Assembly (NCBI GenBank): GCA_019057475.1
Contig: DXJO01000004.1
Location: forward strand, 64,001 to 128,000
Length of the DNA stretch: 64,000 nucleotides
DNA from: Candidatus Thorarchaeota archaeon
Lineage (GTDB): Archaea > Asgardarchaeota > Thorarchaeia > Thorarchaeales > Thorarchaeaceae
Direction of reading: 5' to 3'
The position numbers and the translations under genes were made by a program. The notes under the pieces are model-generated. The model was not told where the DNA came from and did not search any database. It worked only from the letters and a program-made list of their open reading frames with translations. Of this stretch, positions 38,704 to 49,247 are shown in pieces (the stretch's first letter is position 1; each line of letters begins with the position of its first letter).

Positions 38704-40044
38704 ATGAGCATGGTTGAAACAATTAGCAGAAAGAAGTGGAATTCGTTTGCTATCTTCCTTATACTGGATGTCGTTCAGATTGCCTTTGTGTCTTTGTTGG
38801 TTCTTAATGAGTCTACTCCGCTAATAGTTAGCATTGATCCTGGGGGCTCAGACCCATTCACCACAGTTTTTCAATTCATCGGAATCGCAGTTGCGCAGGC
38901 CGTCATGATATATCTCGTTGCAATGAGCATGTTACGGAAAGAAGGCATGGTTGAGCTCTATCCCAAGTTCGACGCCAGCACAAAGTGGGAATGTCAACAC
39001 TCACAGGATAATCTTGTCAAGTGGACTCAGGAACTCGCAGAGAAGAGCGGGGTTTCTGTGGACAAGGTCTTTATCATGCGTTCTCCTTTGCCGAACGCTT
39101 TTACTTTCAGTCTGCCACTCATCGGAACCGTTATCGTAGTTCACACTAATCTCTTGGATGTGCTTAGCCAAAGTGAGGTCATGTCTGTCATTGCTCATGA
39201 GCTTGGACATGTCAAAAACACAGACTCCTTGATCTCTATCCTTGTAAGAATGCCCGCTTTCTTTGTTGACCTAATCTATCTATACGTATACGTGAGACTC
39301 GGACTTGGCGTAGCTAACTCTCTACTGGTGGATTTTGATCTATTTCTGGCGGTAATTCGTCTTGGCGTTCTGATTGCATTCTTCATCGCATCAAGGATGA
39401 TAATGTCATGGTCAATCACCTTCGCTCAGAGAGCATCACGGGAAGCAGAGCTACTTGCTGACCTTCATGCAGCGGAAGTTCTGGGAGCTGAAACCACCAT
39501 TAATGCGCTCATTCGACTGGGTCAGAGAGCTGAAGCAGTGACTGCCCTCGTGAGTGAGATACGCTGGCTTGAGTCTTTGAACCCAGAGAGGATGAACCCC
39601 TTGACCAATGCAGAGATTAACCAGATGATTCTGTCGTACCCCCTGGACGCAATAGATGAAACCAACGCGAAGCAGATGGCTCCGTGGGTCTTTCTTTCAA
39701 CTCGCCTCACCAACATGCGCGATGTCTACGGTGTGGAACTTAGTGATCAACAGATAGAGGACGCTGTAGTTCCTGCGGCGCAGAATCTTCTTACTCGGAG
39801 GAAAAAGGAAACTCAGGATGAATCCAGCACAGAGCCCAAAAATCTGATTGTCGACTGGCGCAAGGTAGACTACGACGGTGACCGCCGGCTTTCGACTGAG
39901 GAGCTTGTTGACCTGCTTGCCATGCTTCGCCAAAATCCCAGCAAGATGATGTTTGACAGTGAAGTTGGCCGAAACCTGCTAATGATCGGCCATCCTGACT
40001 TTAGACGAAGGGTCATCTCACTTGCAGATGCTTTCAATCTTTAA
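38704..40044 (+). CDS. M48 (HtpX/Ste24-like) membrane zinc protease with an insertion carrying an EF-hand-like loop
   Basis: PNAFT, HELGH, SREAELLAD, C-terminal HPxxxxR; DYDGDRRLSTEE at 39868-39903. Confidence 0.88.
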   Translation: MSMVETISRKKWNSFAIFLILDVVQIAFVSLLVLNESTPLIVSIDPGGSDPFTTVFQFIGIAVAQAVMIYLVAMSMLRKEGMVELYPKFDASTKWECQHSQDNLVKWTQELAEKSGVSVDKVFIMRSPLPNAFTFSLPLIGTVIVVHTNLLDVLSQSEVMSVIAHELGHVKNTDSLISILVRMPAFFVDLIYLYVYVRLGLGVANSLLVDFDLFLAVIRLGVLIAFFIASRMIMSWSITFAQRASREAELLADLHAAEVLGAETTINALIRLGQRAEAVTALVSEIRWLESLNPERMNPLTNAEINQMILSYPLDAIDETNAKQMAPWVFLSTRLTNMRDVYGVELSDQQIEDAVVPAAQNLLTRRKKETQDESSTEPKNLIVDWRKVDYDGDRRLSTEELVDLLAMLRQNPSKMMFDSEVGRNLLMIGHPDFRRRVISLADAFNL

Positions 40045-40276
40045 ATTTGGCTTTCTCCACCAATATGTCAGAGCGAAGGGACAAGGTCCTGCTAGGACCG
40101 AATGCGTGCTTTGTCGCCTCATAATCACAGTCCAAGAGTGTCGCTGACCACATGTTGCGTATTGGTTTGCCATCTACTGCAGCTCCCCGAGTATGACCAT
40201 TCTGCAATGACTTGCCATACACAAATAGAACTGCCGCGAAGAGCAGAGATGCGACGAGCAAGACGGTGACGATCAT
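40034..40276 (-). CDS. Small N-terminally anchored membrane protein
   Basis: GAGGAAG SD-like site then MIVTVLLVASLLFAAVLFVYG. Confidence 0.5.
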   Translation of the reverse strand: MIVTVLLVASLLFAAVLFVYGKSLQNGHTRGAAVDGKPIRNMWSATLLDCDYEATKHAFGPSRTLSLRSDILVEKAKFKD

Positions 40277-40355
40277 AGCTCTTGTTCTTCCTCTTAATGC
40301 GTTTAACCCTTGAGAAACCGGATAAATGGCATCACCGCTGGTGCTTTGCCTATTT

Positions 40356-41231
40356 TCAGAACTGAGAGAGCGCTCCTTTCCTTCGTACATACCGCTCGGT
40401 GTATCTGAACATCAGGATGCCCACAACCACGTATATCACATCGAGTATCAGTAATGCCACAATTGCTGTCATAATCCCGGGTGCTGCGAATCCATACATC
40501 AGGAAGCCTCTGAAGGACTCCACAGTCCACGTAAGGGGCGATGCAACAGAAACATACTGGAGCATCGGGTGAAGGATTGCAATAGGATATGCCATGGGCG
40601 CTACGAGCATCAGAGCACTCGATATGAATTCGATGATCATCCAGCCCTGTTTTGCCAGAAGCACAATGCAGGTCAGAGCGAACACGATGCCCTGCAGGGC
40701 TAATATTGAAAGCGCTACGATCGCGAGAGCGGGCAAGATGCCCCATGCATTTATAGTCACACCGAAGAACAGCACTGCCGCCACAAGCTGAAGGATTACA
40801 CCGAGACCTCCGTGCTGAAGGTTGTGCATCATGCTTCCCCAGACTATAGTGCTCCTCTTCATGGGCGTTGTCATGAGGGTTTCCAGGGTGCCAACGCTCT
40901 GTTCTCTTCTAAATGACATTCCAGTTCCCCAGAACATGCTCATCGCTAGCCCTGTGAATGCCGTCCCGATTGCGATGTAACTCAACCAGTCAGTCGTGCC
41001 AACAAGCTCCCCTAGAGCTGCAGACTCTGAGCCACCAACAACGGCATTCCCCGCAATAAGCATAGGAATAAACCAAAGGAAAGGCATAACGATGAACCAC
41101 AGCACGCTTAGAGGGTAGCTGAACTCCACTTTCCACTGCTTGATTGCAAGAGCGTTAATCGCTCTTATCTCGGCTCTGAGGCCCTCACGTTTCCACATCT
41201 TCTGGAAGATGCTCTCTTTGTCGCCGTTCAT
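40356..41231 (-). CDS. ABC-2 type exporter permease
   Basis: RREQSVGTLETLMTTP, YP..LHP..Q..SVASPLT. Confidence 0.9.
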   Translation of the reverse strand: MNGDKESIFQKMWKREGLRAEIRAINALAIKQWKVEFSYPLSVLWFIVMPFLWFIPMLIAGNAVVGGSESAALGELVGTTDWLSYIAIGTAFTGLAMSMFWGTGMSFRREQSVGTLETLMTTPMKRSTIVWGSMMHNLQHGGLGVILQLVAAVLFFGVTINAWGILPALAIVALSILALQGIVFALTCIVLLAKQGWMIIEFISSALMLVAPMAYPIAILHPMLQYVSVASPLTWTVESFRGFLMYGFAAPGIMTAIVALLILDVIYVVVGILMFRYTERYVRRKGALSQF

Positions 41232-41234
41232 ATC

Positions 41235-42134
41235 CTAGAATCCTCCCATACTGCCACGATTCTTGGTCCAACGTTCTGCGTACTTGAAGGAGGCGATTCC
41301 TACAAGCCAGAAGAATAGGATTGTGATTCCAAGCCCAGTCGCTGATGATAGGAACTGACCAAGCTCGAATACACCAGTAATCGCCAGTTCTCGTATGACG
41401 ATGATGGCTATCGTCGATGGAACCAGGTATGCAACGTATCTTGCCTGAGTAGGCAATGCCTGAAGCGGGTAGTTCACCGGCGAAACCGTGAATAGTGCCG
41501 TGTCCACGAATTGGGTTAGCACACTGGGGTCCTTGAAGACAAGGATCATTCCTGCCACCATGAAACCAAAGCCATACAAAGCAAGTATCATCATGAGCAG
41601 TAGTACTATAATTGGTGCGATGGCCGTCAGCGCGTAGGAAACCCCAAACAGGAAAGAGGCACTTATCAGCAATACAATAGCTGAGATTGAAGTCTGAATC
41701 GAGTCTGAAAGAGCTGCGCCAGTTAGGATACTAATTCTTGGCACCGGGGTTACGAACAATGGCTCTAGTGTTCCAGAGAATTGCTCATAGCGGAAGTTAT
41801 TCCCTACCGACCAGATGCTTGCATCCACGTACTGGTACACAAACCAGCCAATGATTGCGAACTTGACGAAATCGTTGAAACCCGATAGCTCAGTGAAGGA
41901 TGTGCTTGTGCCAGGCCCACCCAATGCCGTCATCATTAGCACGTAAGGTGCCAACCAGAGAAGTGGTAGCACTCCCCATATGAGAAAGTTGGCCGGGTAT
42001 CTCATTGCTATCTTGAGGTTCTTGGCCGCAAATACGCGTGCGGCTGTCCAGTCCATCAGCCTGGGTTTGAATGAATCGAGATAGAGGCTGCCTGCATGAG
42101 GGGTCTCTTCAATGATAGTGTCAGCTATTGTCAA
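41235..42134 (-). CDS. ABC-2 type exporter permease
   Basis: RYEQFSGTLEPLFVTP, SPVNYPLQALP. Confidence 0.9.
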   Translation of the reverse strand: MTIADTIIEETPHAGSLYLDSFKPRLMDWTAARVFAAKNLKIAMRYPANFLIWGVLPLLWLAPYVLMMTALGGPGTSTSFTELSGFNDFVKFAIIGWFVYQYVDASIWSVGNNFRYEQFSGTLEPLFVTPVPRISILTGAALSDSIQTSISAIVLLISASFLFGVSYALTAIAPIIVLLLMMILALYGFGFMVAGMILVFKDPSVLTQFVDTALFTVSPVNYPLQALPTQARYVAYLVPSTIAIIVIRELAITGVFELGQFLSSATGLGITILFFWLVGIASFKYAERWTKNRGSMGGF

Positions 42135-43129
42135 TCTTCAATCCTCCGACCTGTTAGCTGAAGAAAAACGTCGTCCAGTGTGGGCTCCTTTACCTCAAAG
42201 TGCTCGACTCGAATACCTGGCAACTCGTGAAGATGGTTCAGCAGACGATGAGCTAGCTCGTATCCATCGTGTGAAGTGGCAATGATCTCTGCATGCCCAT
42301 CCTTTGAAGTAATCGCCGCAGACATCACACTGTCCATCTTCTTGATTGTTTCAATGTCCGGTTTGCCCTCCACTCTGATGTGCAGGCTGTCGTAGTCGCG
42401 GACTGCTTTCTTGAGAGCCTTGGGCGTATCGAAGCTCTTGACCTCGCCCTCGTTGATGAGAGCAATCTTATCACAGAGCAAATCAGCCTCATGCATGTAA
42501 TGAGTTGTCAATAGGATTGTCTTGTCGCTGAGTTTTTCGCTGATGTACTTCCTCAGGTCTGTTGCAAACGTCGGGTCAAGGCCTTGCGTGGGTTCGTCAA
42601 AGAGAAGTACTGGAGGGTCGTGAATTAGTGCCCTTGCGAATACGATCTTCATGCGCATTCCATGGCTCAGTTTTTCCGTCTTCTCGTCAGCCTTCTCAAG
42701 GAGTTCCATCCTCCCAAGCAGCTCGTCAGCTCTCTCCTTTGCCTCATTGTGCGGCATTCTGTACAGTTTGGCGAAGAAGATCATGTTCTCCCTTGCTGTG
42801 AGCTTCCAGTAGATGCTCCGCTCGTTGCCTTGGCAGACTCCCATTGATGCGCGAGCGTGGGTTGATTCTCGCAGGATGTCGTATCCGTTAATGCGAGCAG
42901 TTCCAGACGTTGGGAGGACCAGAGTTGCTAAACACTTAATCAGAGTCGTCTTCCCCGCTCCGTTGGGTCCAAGCAAACCGTAGACTTTGCCTTGCGGAAT
43001 ATCCAGTGAAATGCCTTTTAGAGCCTCTACCCGTTTCTTCTCAACGGGAACTACGATGGCTCTTCTTCGGATGCTGATGAACGTCTTTGTTAGGTTCTCA
43101 ATCTCTACGGCATTGACTGTCAGTGTCAT
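42131..43129 (-). CDS. ABC-2 exporter ATP-binding subunit
   Basis: GPNGAGKTT, LSHGM, DEPTQGLDP, TTHYMHEA, EPTLDDVF. Confidence 0.93.
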   Translation of the reverse strand: MTLTVNAVEIENLTKTFISIRRRAIVVPVEKKRVEALKGISLDIPQGKVYGLLGPNGAGKTTLIKCLATLVLPTSGTARINGYDILRESTHARASMGVCQGNERSIYWKLTARENMIFFAKLYRMPHNEAKERADELLGRMELLEKADEKTEKLSHGMRMKIVFARALIHDPPVLLFDEPTQGLDPTFATDLRKYISEKLSDKTILLTTHYMHEADLLCDKIALINEGEVKSFDTPKALKKAVRDYDSLHIRVEGKPDIETIKKMDSVMSAAITSKDGHAEIIATSHDGYELAHRLLNHLHELPGIRVEHFEVKEPTLDDVFLQLTGRRIED

Positions 43130-43431
43130 TACCTCCTCAACGAATAGTCGAGTTGAAGTTCGGGATGTTTGTTGGACACAACGTGTTGACCTTCTTCAAT
43201 AAGACATCGTCCCTCGGCACTGCCGAGCTTCTGGTCAACTCGGAATGAAAATGCAGAGTGGGATGTTAGTCCCTATGTTTCATCACGAACACCGAAGTTT
43301 CTCCCCTTTGCGGTCCGATATAAGCATTTCCAATAAAGCTGGGTTGGACTCCCAGAATAATAAAGATGGAGCAACTAGAATTGTATACTCCGATAACATC
43401 TTAGGTGCGAGTAGCGGTCTGAATCCCTACT

Positions 43432-44334
43432 ATGCAAGTCACCCCCGAGATGATGATTGGATTAGCGACAGGTCTACTAGCATCAGCTATCTATGCGGTG
43501 TCTGTTGTTGTCTACAGGTCGCAGAGCGATTCCGTTCGACCTCTCGCAATCAGCTCGATCAAGATGTGGGTGGCATTGGCTTTCATGACCGCGCTGGTTA
43601 TCCTTCCCATTGGTTCTGAGCCGTTCTACATTCCTCAGGGAGCGCTGGCATACCTTGTCGTATCGGTGACTTTCGGTGCCGTGCTAGGTGACACTTTCTA
43701 TCTAATGGCGCAAGAGAGAATCGGTGTTACTTACGCCTTTCCAATTGCGATGTCGTTTCCAATTTTCACCTATCTATTGGCCATTGCAGTTGGCCTTGAA
43801 GAACCCCTGCTGTCCAGATCTGCAGGCATCCTTTTGGCTGTAATGGGAGTCATCCTCATTTCAAAGGAACAGGGGCAAGAAGAAGACCACTCAGCCAAGC
43901 GCAAGCTCGACAAAATCGGAGTAGGATTGGCTCTCCTGGTTGCCATATTCTATGCGATGGGAGCTATCCTCCTACAAGTGGGAGTTGAAGATGTCAGCCC
44001 TATCGACGGCAATTTCGTTAGAGTGGCTTTCGGGTCCGTCGCATTCATCCCGTTGTTCCTCGTCGCCAAGCATCGTGGGATGCCGACACCTCCTCAGCAG
44101 TCCGTCAAGATAATAGCTGTTGCAGGACTGTTTGGAATGGGCTTGGGTTCGCTTCTCTACGTTTCTACTGTGAAGTTTGTGGGTGCCGCAGTCACCTCTG
44201 TTATTGGTTCTCTAGCCCCACTCTTCGCGCTGCCAATATCAGTAATCTTCCTGAAAGAACGTATCACCAGAGTTGCAATGCTCGGCGTCGTGGCTACAAT
44301 CGCGGGAGTCATTCTCGTTGTTTTGGGATTGTGA
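43432..44334 (+). CDS. DMT/EamA family transporter
   Basis: 10 TM in two repeats, PLFALPISVIFLKERIT. Confidence 0.9.
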   Translation: MQVTPEMMIGLATGLLASAIYAVSVVVYRSQSDSVRPLAISSIKMWVALAFMTALVILPIGSEPFYIPQGALAYLVVSVTFGAVLGDTFYLMAQERIGVTYAFPIAMSFPIFTYLLAIAVGLEEPLLSRSAGILLAVMGVILISKEQGQEEDHSAKRKLDKIGVGLALLVAIFYAMGAILLQVGVEDVSPIDGNFVRVAFGSVAFIPLFLVAKHRGMPTPPQQSVKIIAVAGLFGMGLGSLLYVSTVKFVGAAVTSVIGSLAPLFALPISVIFLKERITRVAMLGVVATIAGVILVVLGL

Positions 44335-44405
44335 CTATCACTTCATCTCCCATGTCACTTAATAGCTAACCATCTCCAAAAGGTGATTGAGAAATTCATT
44401 CTGAG

Positions 44406-45011
44406 ATGGCATCAGTGATTGATTGGATCAACTTCATTGTGCTGGCAATGTCAACGGTACTAATGGCGCATTTCTACATCAAGAGTGTCGAACCTGCTGC
44501 TCTTGAGAAGGAGGTTGGCGAGTCTGCCTATTCCAAGTGCAAGCAGTACCGAATCATTGCATCTGTCTTCGAAGTCGTAACGATTGTGAACTACCTAATC
44601 TACTACTTCCATCCGCTCTCCATTGATTTTCCGCAGCTCCTTCCGTGGGAATACTGGGTTTCTGTAGTCGTAGGGTTTGTCATTCTCATCCCCTCGCTGA
44701 CTCTGATGTTCAAGGGCTTGAGGGATGCCGGCAAAGAAACCCTTGAACCTAGGAAGGAACATACATTGTACAGCGGAATCTATGAAACCCTTCGACATCC
44801 GCAGGCCTTTGGGGAGGCTTTCGTCTGGTTGGCCATTTCCTTCTTTCTTAACTCGCCGTTTCTAATACTGTACTCATTTCTCTGGTTTCCCATATTCTAC
44901 GTGTTCTGCATTGCAGAGGAGAGGGATCTAGTAATCAGATATGGGCAGCCTTACTTGGAGTACAGGGACCGTGTAGGATTCCTGATTCCAAAGCGGAAAC
45001 GGAAGGATTAA
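44406..45011 (+). CDS. Isoprenylcysteine carboxyl methyltransferase / phospholipid methyltransferase family membrane protein
   Basis: GIYETLRHPQ, AEERDL..RYG..Y.EY...VG.LIP. Confidence 0.85.
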   Translation: MASVIDWINFIVLAMSTVLMAHFYIKSVEPAALEKEVGESAYSKCKQYRIIASVFEVVTIVNYLIYYFHPLSIDFPQLLPWEYWVSVVVGFVILIPSLTLMFKGLRDAGKETLEPRKEHTLYSGIYETLRHPQAFGEAFVWLAISFFLNSPFLILYSFLWFPIFYVFCIAEERDLVIRYGQPYLEYRDRVGFLIPKRKRKD

Positions 45012-45082
45012 CCATTTCGTCTGTGTCTGCAGGAACACCTACATGGAAGAGTATTTGACGGTCAAAACATCTTTCCCTCACT

Positions 45083-45940
45083 ATGGCATCTGCCACACCC
45101 TACACCAAAGATGGTCGCTTTTTAGTGAGCAAGACCCCTATCAGTGGTGGATTGAAGAGTGATATCAAGCGAGCCGTGGAACTCATCGGTGGTTTTGAGG
45201 AAGTCATCGAAGATGGTGACACGGTGACCATCAAGCCGAATTTCAACACCGCTGACCCATATCCCGCATCAAGCGATCCAGAATTCATCAGAGCTCTAGG
45301 TGAGCTTCTTCTGGAAGCCGGAGCCGAGAAGATTCGAATCGTTGACAGTTCGACTCTGAGGGTGTCGACGCGAGAAGTAGCCAGAAAGATTGGTTTCAAC
45401 GAAGTAGCTGATGCCTTGGATGCAGACCTGATATTCCTTGATGAGAATGAATGGGTGAAGGTGGACTTTCCCCGTGGCAAGTTCCTCAAGAAAGGCTCAA
45501 TCGGGAAGCCACTGCTTGACCTTGGAAAGCTTGTGCTGGCTCCATGTCTCAAGACACACAAGCTTGCGAGATTCACTGCGAGTATGAAACTCTTTGTGGG
45601 CTGGATTAAGCATAGGGAGCGACTTAGGATGCACGCACGACGATTGGAGCAGAAGGCTGTTGACCTAGCCTCGTACTTCCAGCCATCTCTAATAGTTATG
45701 GACGCCCGGAAGTGCTTTGTGACAGGTGGCCCCATGAGTGGGCAGTTGGAGTGCTCTGGTTTCATTCTCGCCAGTGGAGATATGGTTTCCATAGATGTTG
45801 AGGGCGTGAGGATTCTTCAGAGCTACGGGACAAAGAATCGACTGGACCGGAATGTCTGGGAACTCCCTCAGATCGCTCATGCAGTTGAGATTGGCATCGG
45901 GGCCAAGAGTGATGCTGAAATCGAGCTAGTTGTTAACTAG
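45083..45940 (+). CDS. DUF362 domain protein
   Basis: IKPNFN, LKTH..ARFTASMKLFVG, GGP, ASGDMVSID. Confidence 0.85.
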   Translation: MASATPYTKDGRFLVSKTPISGGLKSDIKRAVELIGGFEEVIEDGDTVTIKPNFNTADPYPASSDPEFIRALGELLLEAGAEKIRIVDSSTLRVSTREVARKIGFNEVADALDADLIFLDENEWVKVDFPRGKFLKKGSIGKPLLDLGKLVLAPCLKTHKLARFTASMKLFVGWIKHRERLRMHARRLEQKAVDLASYFQPSLIVMDARKCFVTGGPMSGQLECSGFILASGDMVSIDVEGVRILQSYGTKNRLDRNVWELPQIAHAVEIGIGAKSDAEIELVVN

Positions 45941-45963
45941 TCAACGTGCAGGCATGCTAAGAG

Positions 45964-46608
45964 ATGAGAACATTGAACAATGACTCCATGCTATACAACA
46001 TGCGCTCCCTTGATTATGAGGAAGTGAATGGGTCCGCTCTTCACCCAGGCCTTGTCTACAGGTCCGCTCTGCCTTTGTTTCAAAAGGAGCCCGAGATGAT
46101 TCGCATACTGCAGGCTCATGGAGTCAAAACCATAATCGACCTTCGCACTGATGGAGAGAAGAGTGATCATTGCTACAGCGAGGCCGTGCTCTCGCGTTTT
46201 GAAATCATGTCCGTGCCAATAGATTCGTTCACATCTGTTAGGCGGCCCGATGATGACTATTCTGACTACATGAGTCCACTTCATCATATCTTCCAAGAAT
46301 GCAGAAAGGGCATATCCCAGGTGTTCAGCATTTTACAGGCTCGCGAGAGCTATCCCGTTCTCTTCCACTGTTTTGCAGGGCGTGATAGGGCTGGCGTGAT
46401 TGCTGCTCTTCTTCTCGATCTCCTGGGCTTCAGCAAGGAAACCATTGTACAAGATTACATGCTGTCGCCGGGGGCCAAAGCAGCAAACATCAAACAGCTA
46501 GTTGCTGAGGTACAACGGATGGGCGGAGCCACAGACTATCTTCAGCAAGAAGTGGGGCTGACTTCGCAACAGATAGACCAAGTACGCTCAAATCTCTTAG
46601 TTCGTTAG
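45964..46608 (+). CDS. Protein-tyrosine/lipid phosphatase (IphP/PtpB-like)
   Basis: VYRS, IIDLRT..E, FHCFAGRDRAG (CX5R), DYMLS. Confidence 0.9.
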   Translation: MRTLNNDSMLYNMRSLDYEEVNGSALHPGLVYRSALPLFQKEPEMIRILQAHGVKTIIDLRTDGEKSDHCYSEAVLSRFEIMSVPIDSFTSVRRPDDDYSDYMSPLHHIFQECRKGISQVFSILQARESYPVLFHCFAGRDRAGVIAALLLDLLGFSKETIVQDYMLSPGAKAANIKQLVAEVQRMGGATDYLQQEVGLTSQQIDQVRSNLLVR

Positions 46609-46621
46609 TGGCCGGGTTGTT

Positions 46622-48883
46622 CTAGGAGCTCTTGTTGGACTTTCTCCTTTGCCTCGGGAACCGGATTTTGAACGCGACGCCTTTGCTATGGTTTCCAGCT
46701 ACACGATCGACGATTAGTATTTCGCCGCCGTACTTGTCAACAATTTGCTTGGATTGGTGAAGACCTAAACCCCCAAATCTACGTGACATATCAAAGATTC
46801 CGGCCTTCGAAGCATCTGTTATCCCCGGTCCATTATCAGCAATTGAGAGTATAAACGCATCCTCTTGCTCCTGCAGTTTCACCCATACCCGCTTGTCTTC
46901 TCTAGGATTGTGTTCCACTGCGTTCATCAATAAGTTAGAGATCAGCAGTTCAAGATACTCATCTGCACGAACCACGGCATCTTGAGTTCCAAACGATGTG
47001 TCGAATTCTGCTTCCACACGACTTGAGATGGCCCTTATGCAACCAGCGGCTGCCAAGTTTAGAGACTTCTCCTCCATCGGGACTGTCATGAGTTGTTCTG
47101 TTGCCCGTGCCTCCCCAATCAGCCTTGCACATCTGCTAACAGCTTCATTGATGATATCGAGGAATGAGTCCTTGATTGTGTCTTCTGTCGCGCTTCGCAT
47201 CAGAGTCGCGCTATTCAGGATGACTTGAAGTTGGTTGGTTATGTCGTGACCCATAAGGTCTTGATACAGGTGGGCTCTATCTTTTGCTGCTCGAACGTCT
47301 TTCTCCGACTTCTTTGCGTGCGTCACATCTACAAATACAGTCTGAATCGCAGGCGTTCCTTCGTATTCTATTCTATTAGTGAAGTTTTCTACCCAGCGTA
47401 TTTCTCCGTCCTTTCTCAAGAGTCGTATCTCGAAACTGGATGTCTGGAGCTTGTCTTCTTCTCCACCAGGCATCCTCTCCTTAAGGAGGTCGACGTCATC
47501 GGGGTGGATGAGATCCCACGCTTGCTTCAGCGACATTGTAAGAAGGACCTCGACTTCGTAACCAACCAAGTCCGCGAATGCGGAGTTTACGTAGGCAAAT
47601 CCGTTGTTGTTGAGGATAGTCAGACCCTGCATGGACTGTTCAGCCAGCGTTCGATACTTCAGCTCTGATCTGCTCAGCGCTTCAATAGAGGTCTTTAGCT
47701 GAATATCAGCATGCCTTCTCTTGGTGATGTCCCGAACTAAGCCCATGAATGCCTTTGGTTGACCGTTGGAGTTTCGAAGCAGAGAAGCGCTCATCTCTGC
47801 GGGGAATTCCGTTCCGTCATTGCGAATCATGGTGTACTCAACATCGCGTATCGCTCCCTCAGCCAATGTCTTCTGGAGGTTGGCCATGGCGAGCTCCCTA
47901 TCCCCTGGGACAATCATTTCGATGGCAGGCTTGCCTAGCAGTTCCTCTTCGGTTTCGCAGCCATGCATCTTGATTGCCTGCTTATTGGCCATTATGAGGT
48001 TACCTTCTAGGTCAGTTAGCGTGATTGCATCTGGGGAGGTTTCTATCAGAACCCTGTAGAGATTCTCCGTTTCTCGTTGTTTTGCTTCTGCCTCTTCTCT
48101 CTCTGTCCTGTCGATTATCAGTATTTCGAGTGCACGCTCTCCATCATATTCTATCAGGCTTGAGAACGCCTCTACAAATAGGAGAGAGCCATCTTTCTTG
48201 ATGAACCTGTACTGGTATTGTGTGGGGGTCTGTCTTCCCTCCCTTCGGTCCGCTGCGTATTCTAGGAGCCTGCTTTTATCATCGGGATGGACAAGTCCCC
48301 ATCCTTCTTCGGATGTCATCTCCAGAATTTCATCAACAGAGTAACCCACCATGTCTGCGAATGCTTGGTTGACGTACGTGTACCGGCTGTTCTGTATCAC
48401 AGTGACACCCTGAAGCGGCTTCTCTACCAGGGTCTTGTACCTCGCTTCTGAACGCGCAAGGGCTTCCTCTGCCTCCTTGAACGCTGTCATGTCAAGGATG
48501 ACCGCGAACGAGCCCCTATGCTTGCCTTTATAATCGATTAGAGGGGCACCTGATACAATCGTAGGGACACCTTCACCGGTCCTAGACGTCCACACTAGCT
48601 CGTATTGAGATGCTAGACCTTTCTTTCTTCTTTTCACGTTCGCCTTGAGTACTTTGGTGTTCTCCGAATCAAGGAAATCGGTCAGCTTGAAGCCAATCAT
48701 TGCATCAAGAGTGTATCCGAGCATGTCGGAGAATCGCTTGTTCACGTAGGTGAAGACATTCTTTTTGTCGACTACGGCGAATCCTTCATTCATCGAGTCC
48801 ACTAGCGCACGATAACGGAGAATATCATCGCTAGTATCCATGCTTTCCATTGGCGTTTCTCTCAAAGGAGGCTTGTCACTCAT
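46622..48883 (-). CDS. Soluble sensor histidine kinase with four PAS/PAC domains
   Basis: Repeated YVNxxF/ANxxA PAS starts, HPDD, DIT-type ends; H-box GHDITNQL, N-box NAVEH, DNGPGI, GLGL. Confidence 0.9.
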   Translation of the reverse strand: MSDKPPLRETPMESMDTSDDILRYRALVDSMNEGFAVVDKKNVFTYVNKRFSDMLGYTLDAMIGFKLTDFLDSENTKVLKANVKRRKKGLASQYELVWTSRTGEGVPTIVSGAPLIDYKGKHRGSFAVILDMTAFKEAEEALARSEARYKTLVEKPLQGVTVIQNSRYTYVNQAFADMVGYSVDEILEMTSEEGWGLVHPDDKSRLLEYAADRREGRQTPTQYQYRFIKKDGSLLFVEAFSSLIEYDGERALEILIIDRTEREEAEAKQRETENLYRVLIETSPDAITLTDLEGNLIMANKQAIKMHGCETEEELLGKPAIEMIVPGDRELAMANLQKTLAEGAIRDVEYTMIRNDGTEFPAEMSASLLRNSNGQPKAFMGLVRDITKRRHADIQLKTSIEALSRSELKYRTLAEQSMQGLTILNNNGFAYVNSAFADLVGYEVEVLLTMSLKQAWDLIHPDDVDLLKERMPGGEEDKLQTSSFEIRLLRKDGEIRWVENFTNRIEYEGTPAIQTVFVDVTHAKKSEKDVRAAKDRAHLYQDLMGHDITNQLQVILNSATLMRSATEDTIKDSFLDIINEAVSRCARLIGEARATEQLMTVPMEEKSLNLAAAGCIRAISSRVEAEFDTSFGTQDAVVRADEYLELLISNLLMNAVEHNPREDKRVWVKLQEQEDAFILSIADNGPGITDASKAGIFDMSRRFGGLGLHQSKQIVDKYGGEILIVDRVAGNHSKGVAFKIRFPRQRRKSNKSS

Positions 48884-49247
48884 GTGGACCCCGACCTTCG
48901 TCCCGTCATACTCTGGTTCGGCGGACCATATACACAGGATTGTTGAAACTAGGCTAACGAGCTATATTTGTCTTGACCATATGAATTGACTTTGTGCGAA
49001 TCTATCTCATGAATACGCAGTGACCTTTCCGGAATGCCTAACGAAGACCGCAACATTTCTATCATGCGCAAAGAACTCAGAAAACCCCAGCTCGAAACTC
49101 GCATTGACTCTCCGAAGTCAAGCGTCTGGAATAGACGAGAAACTTCAGGATTGGTAATTCGATCTTGCTGGTCGCCGATGGCATCGGGAGCTTTGAATAC
49201 CCTGATAGTTAGGTAGGACCCTGTTGCATGAATAAGGAGGAAGTCGA

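Noticed and set aside
45100-45792. Long antisense ORFs (this 230-aa one, also 50837-51346, 58694-59215 and 11806-12243)
   Set aside because: They are shadows fully overlapping well-supported genes on the opposite strand, with Ser/Pro/Thr-rich non-protein-like composition
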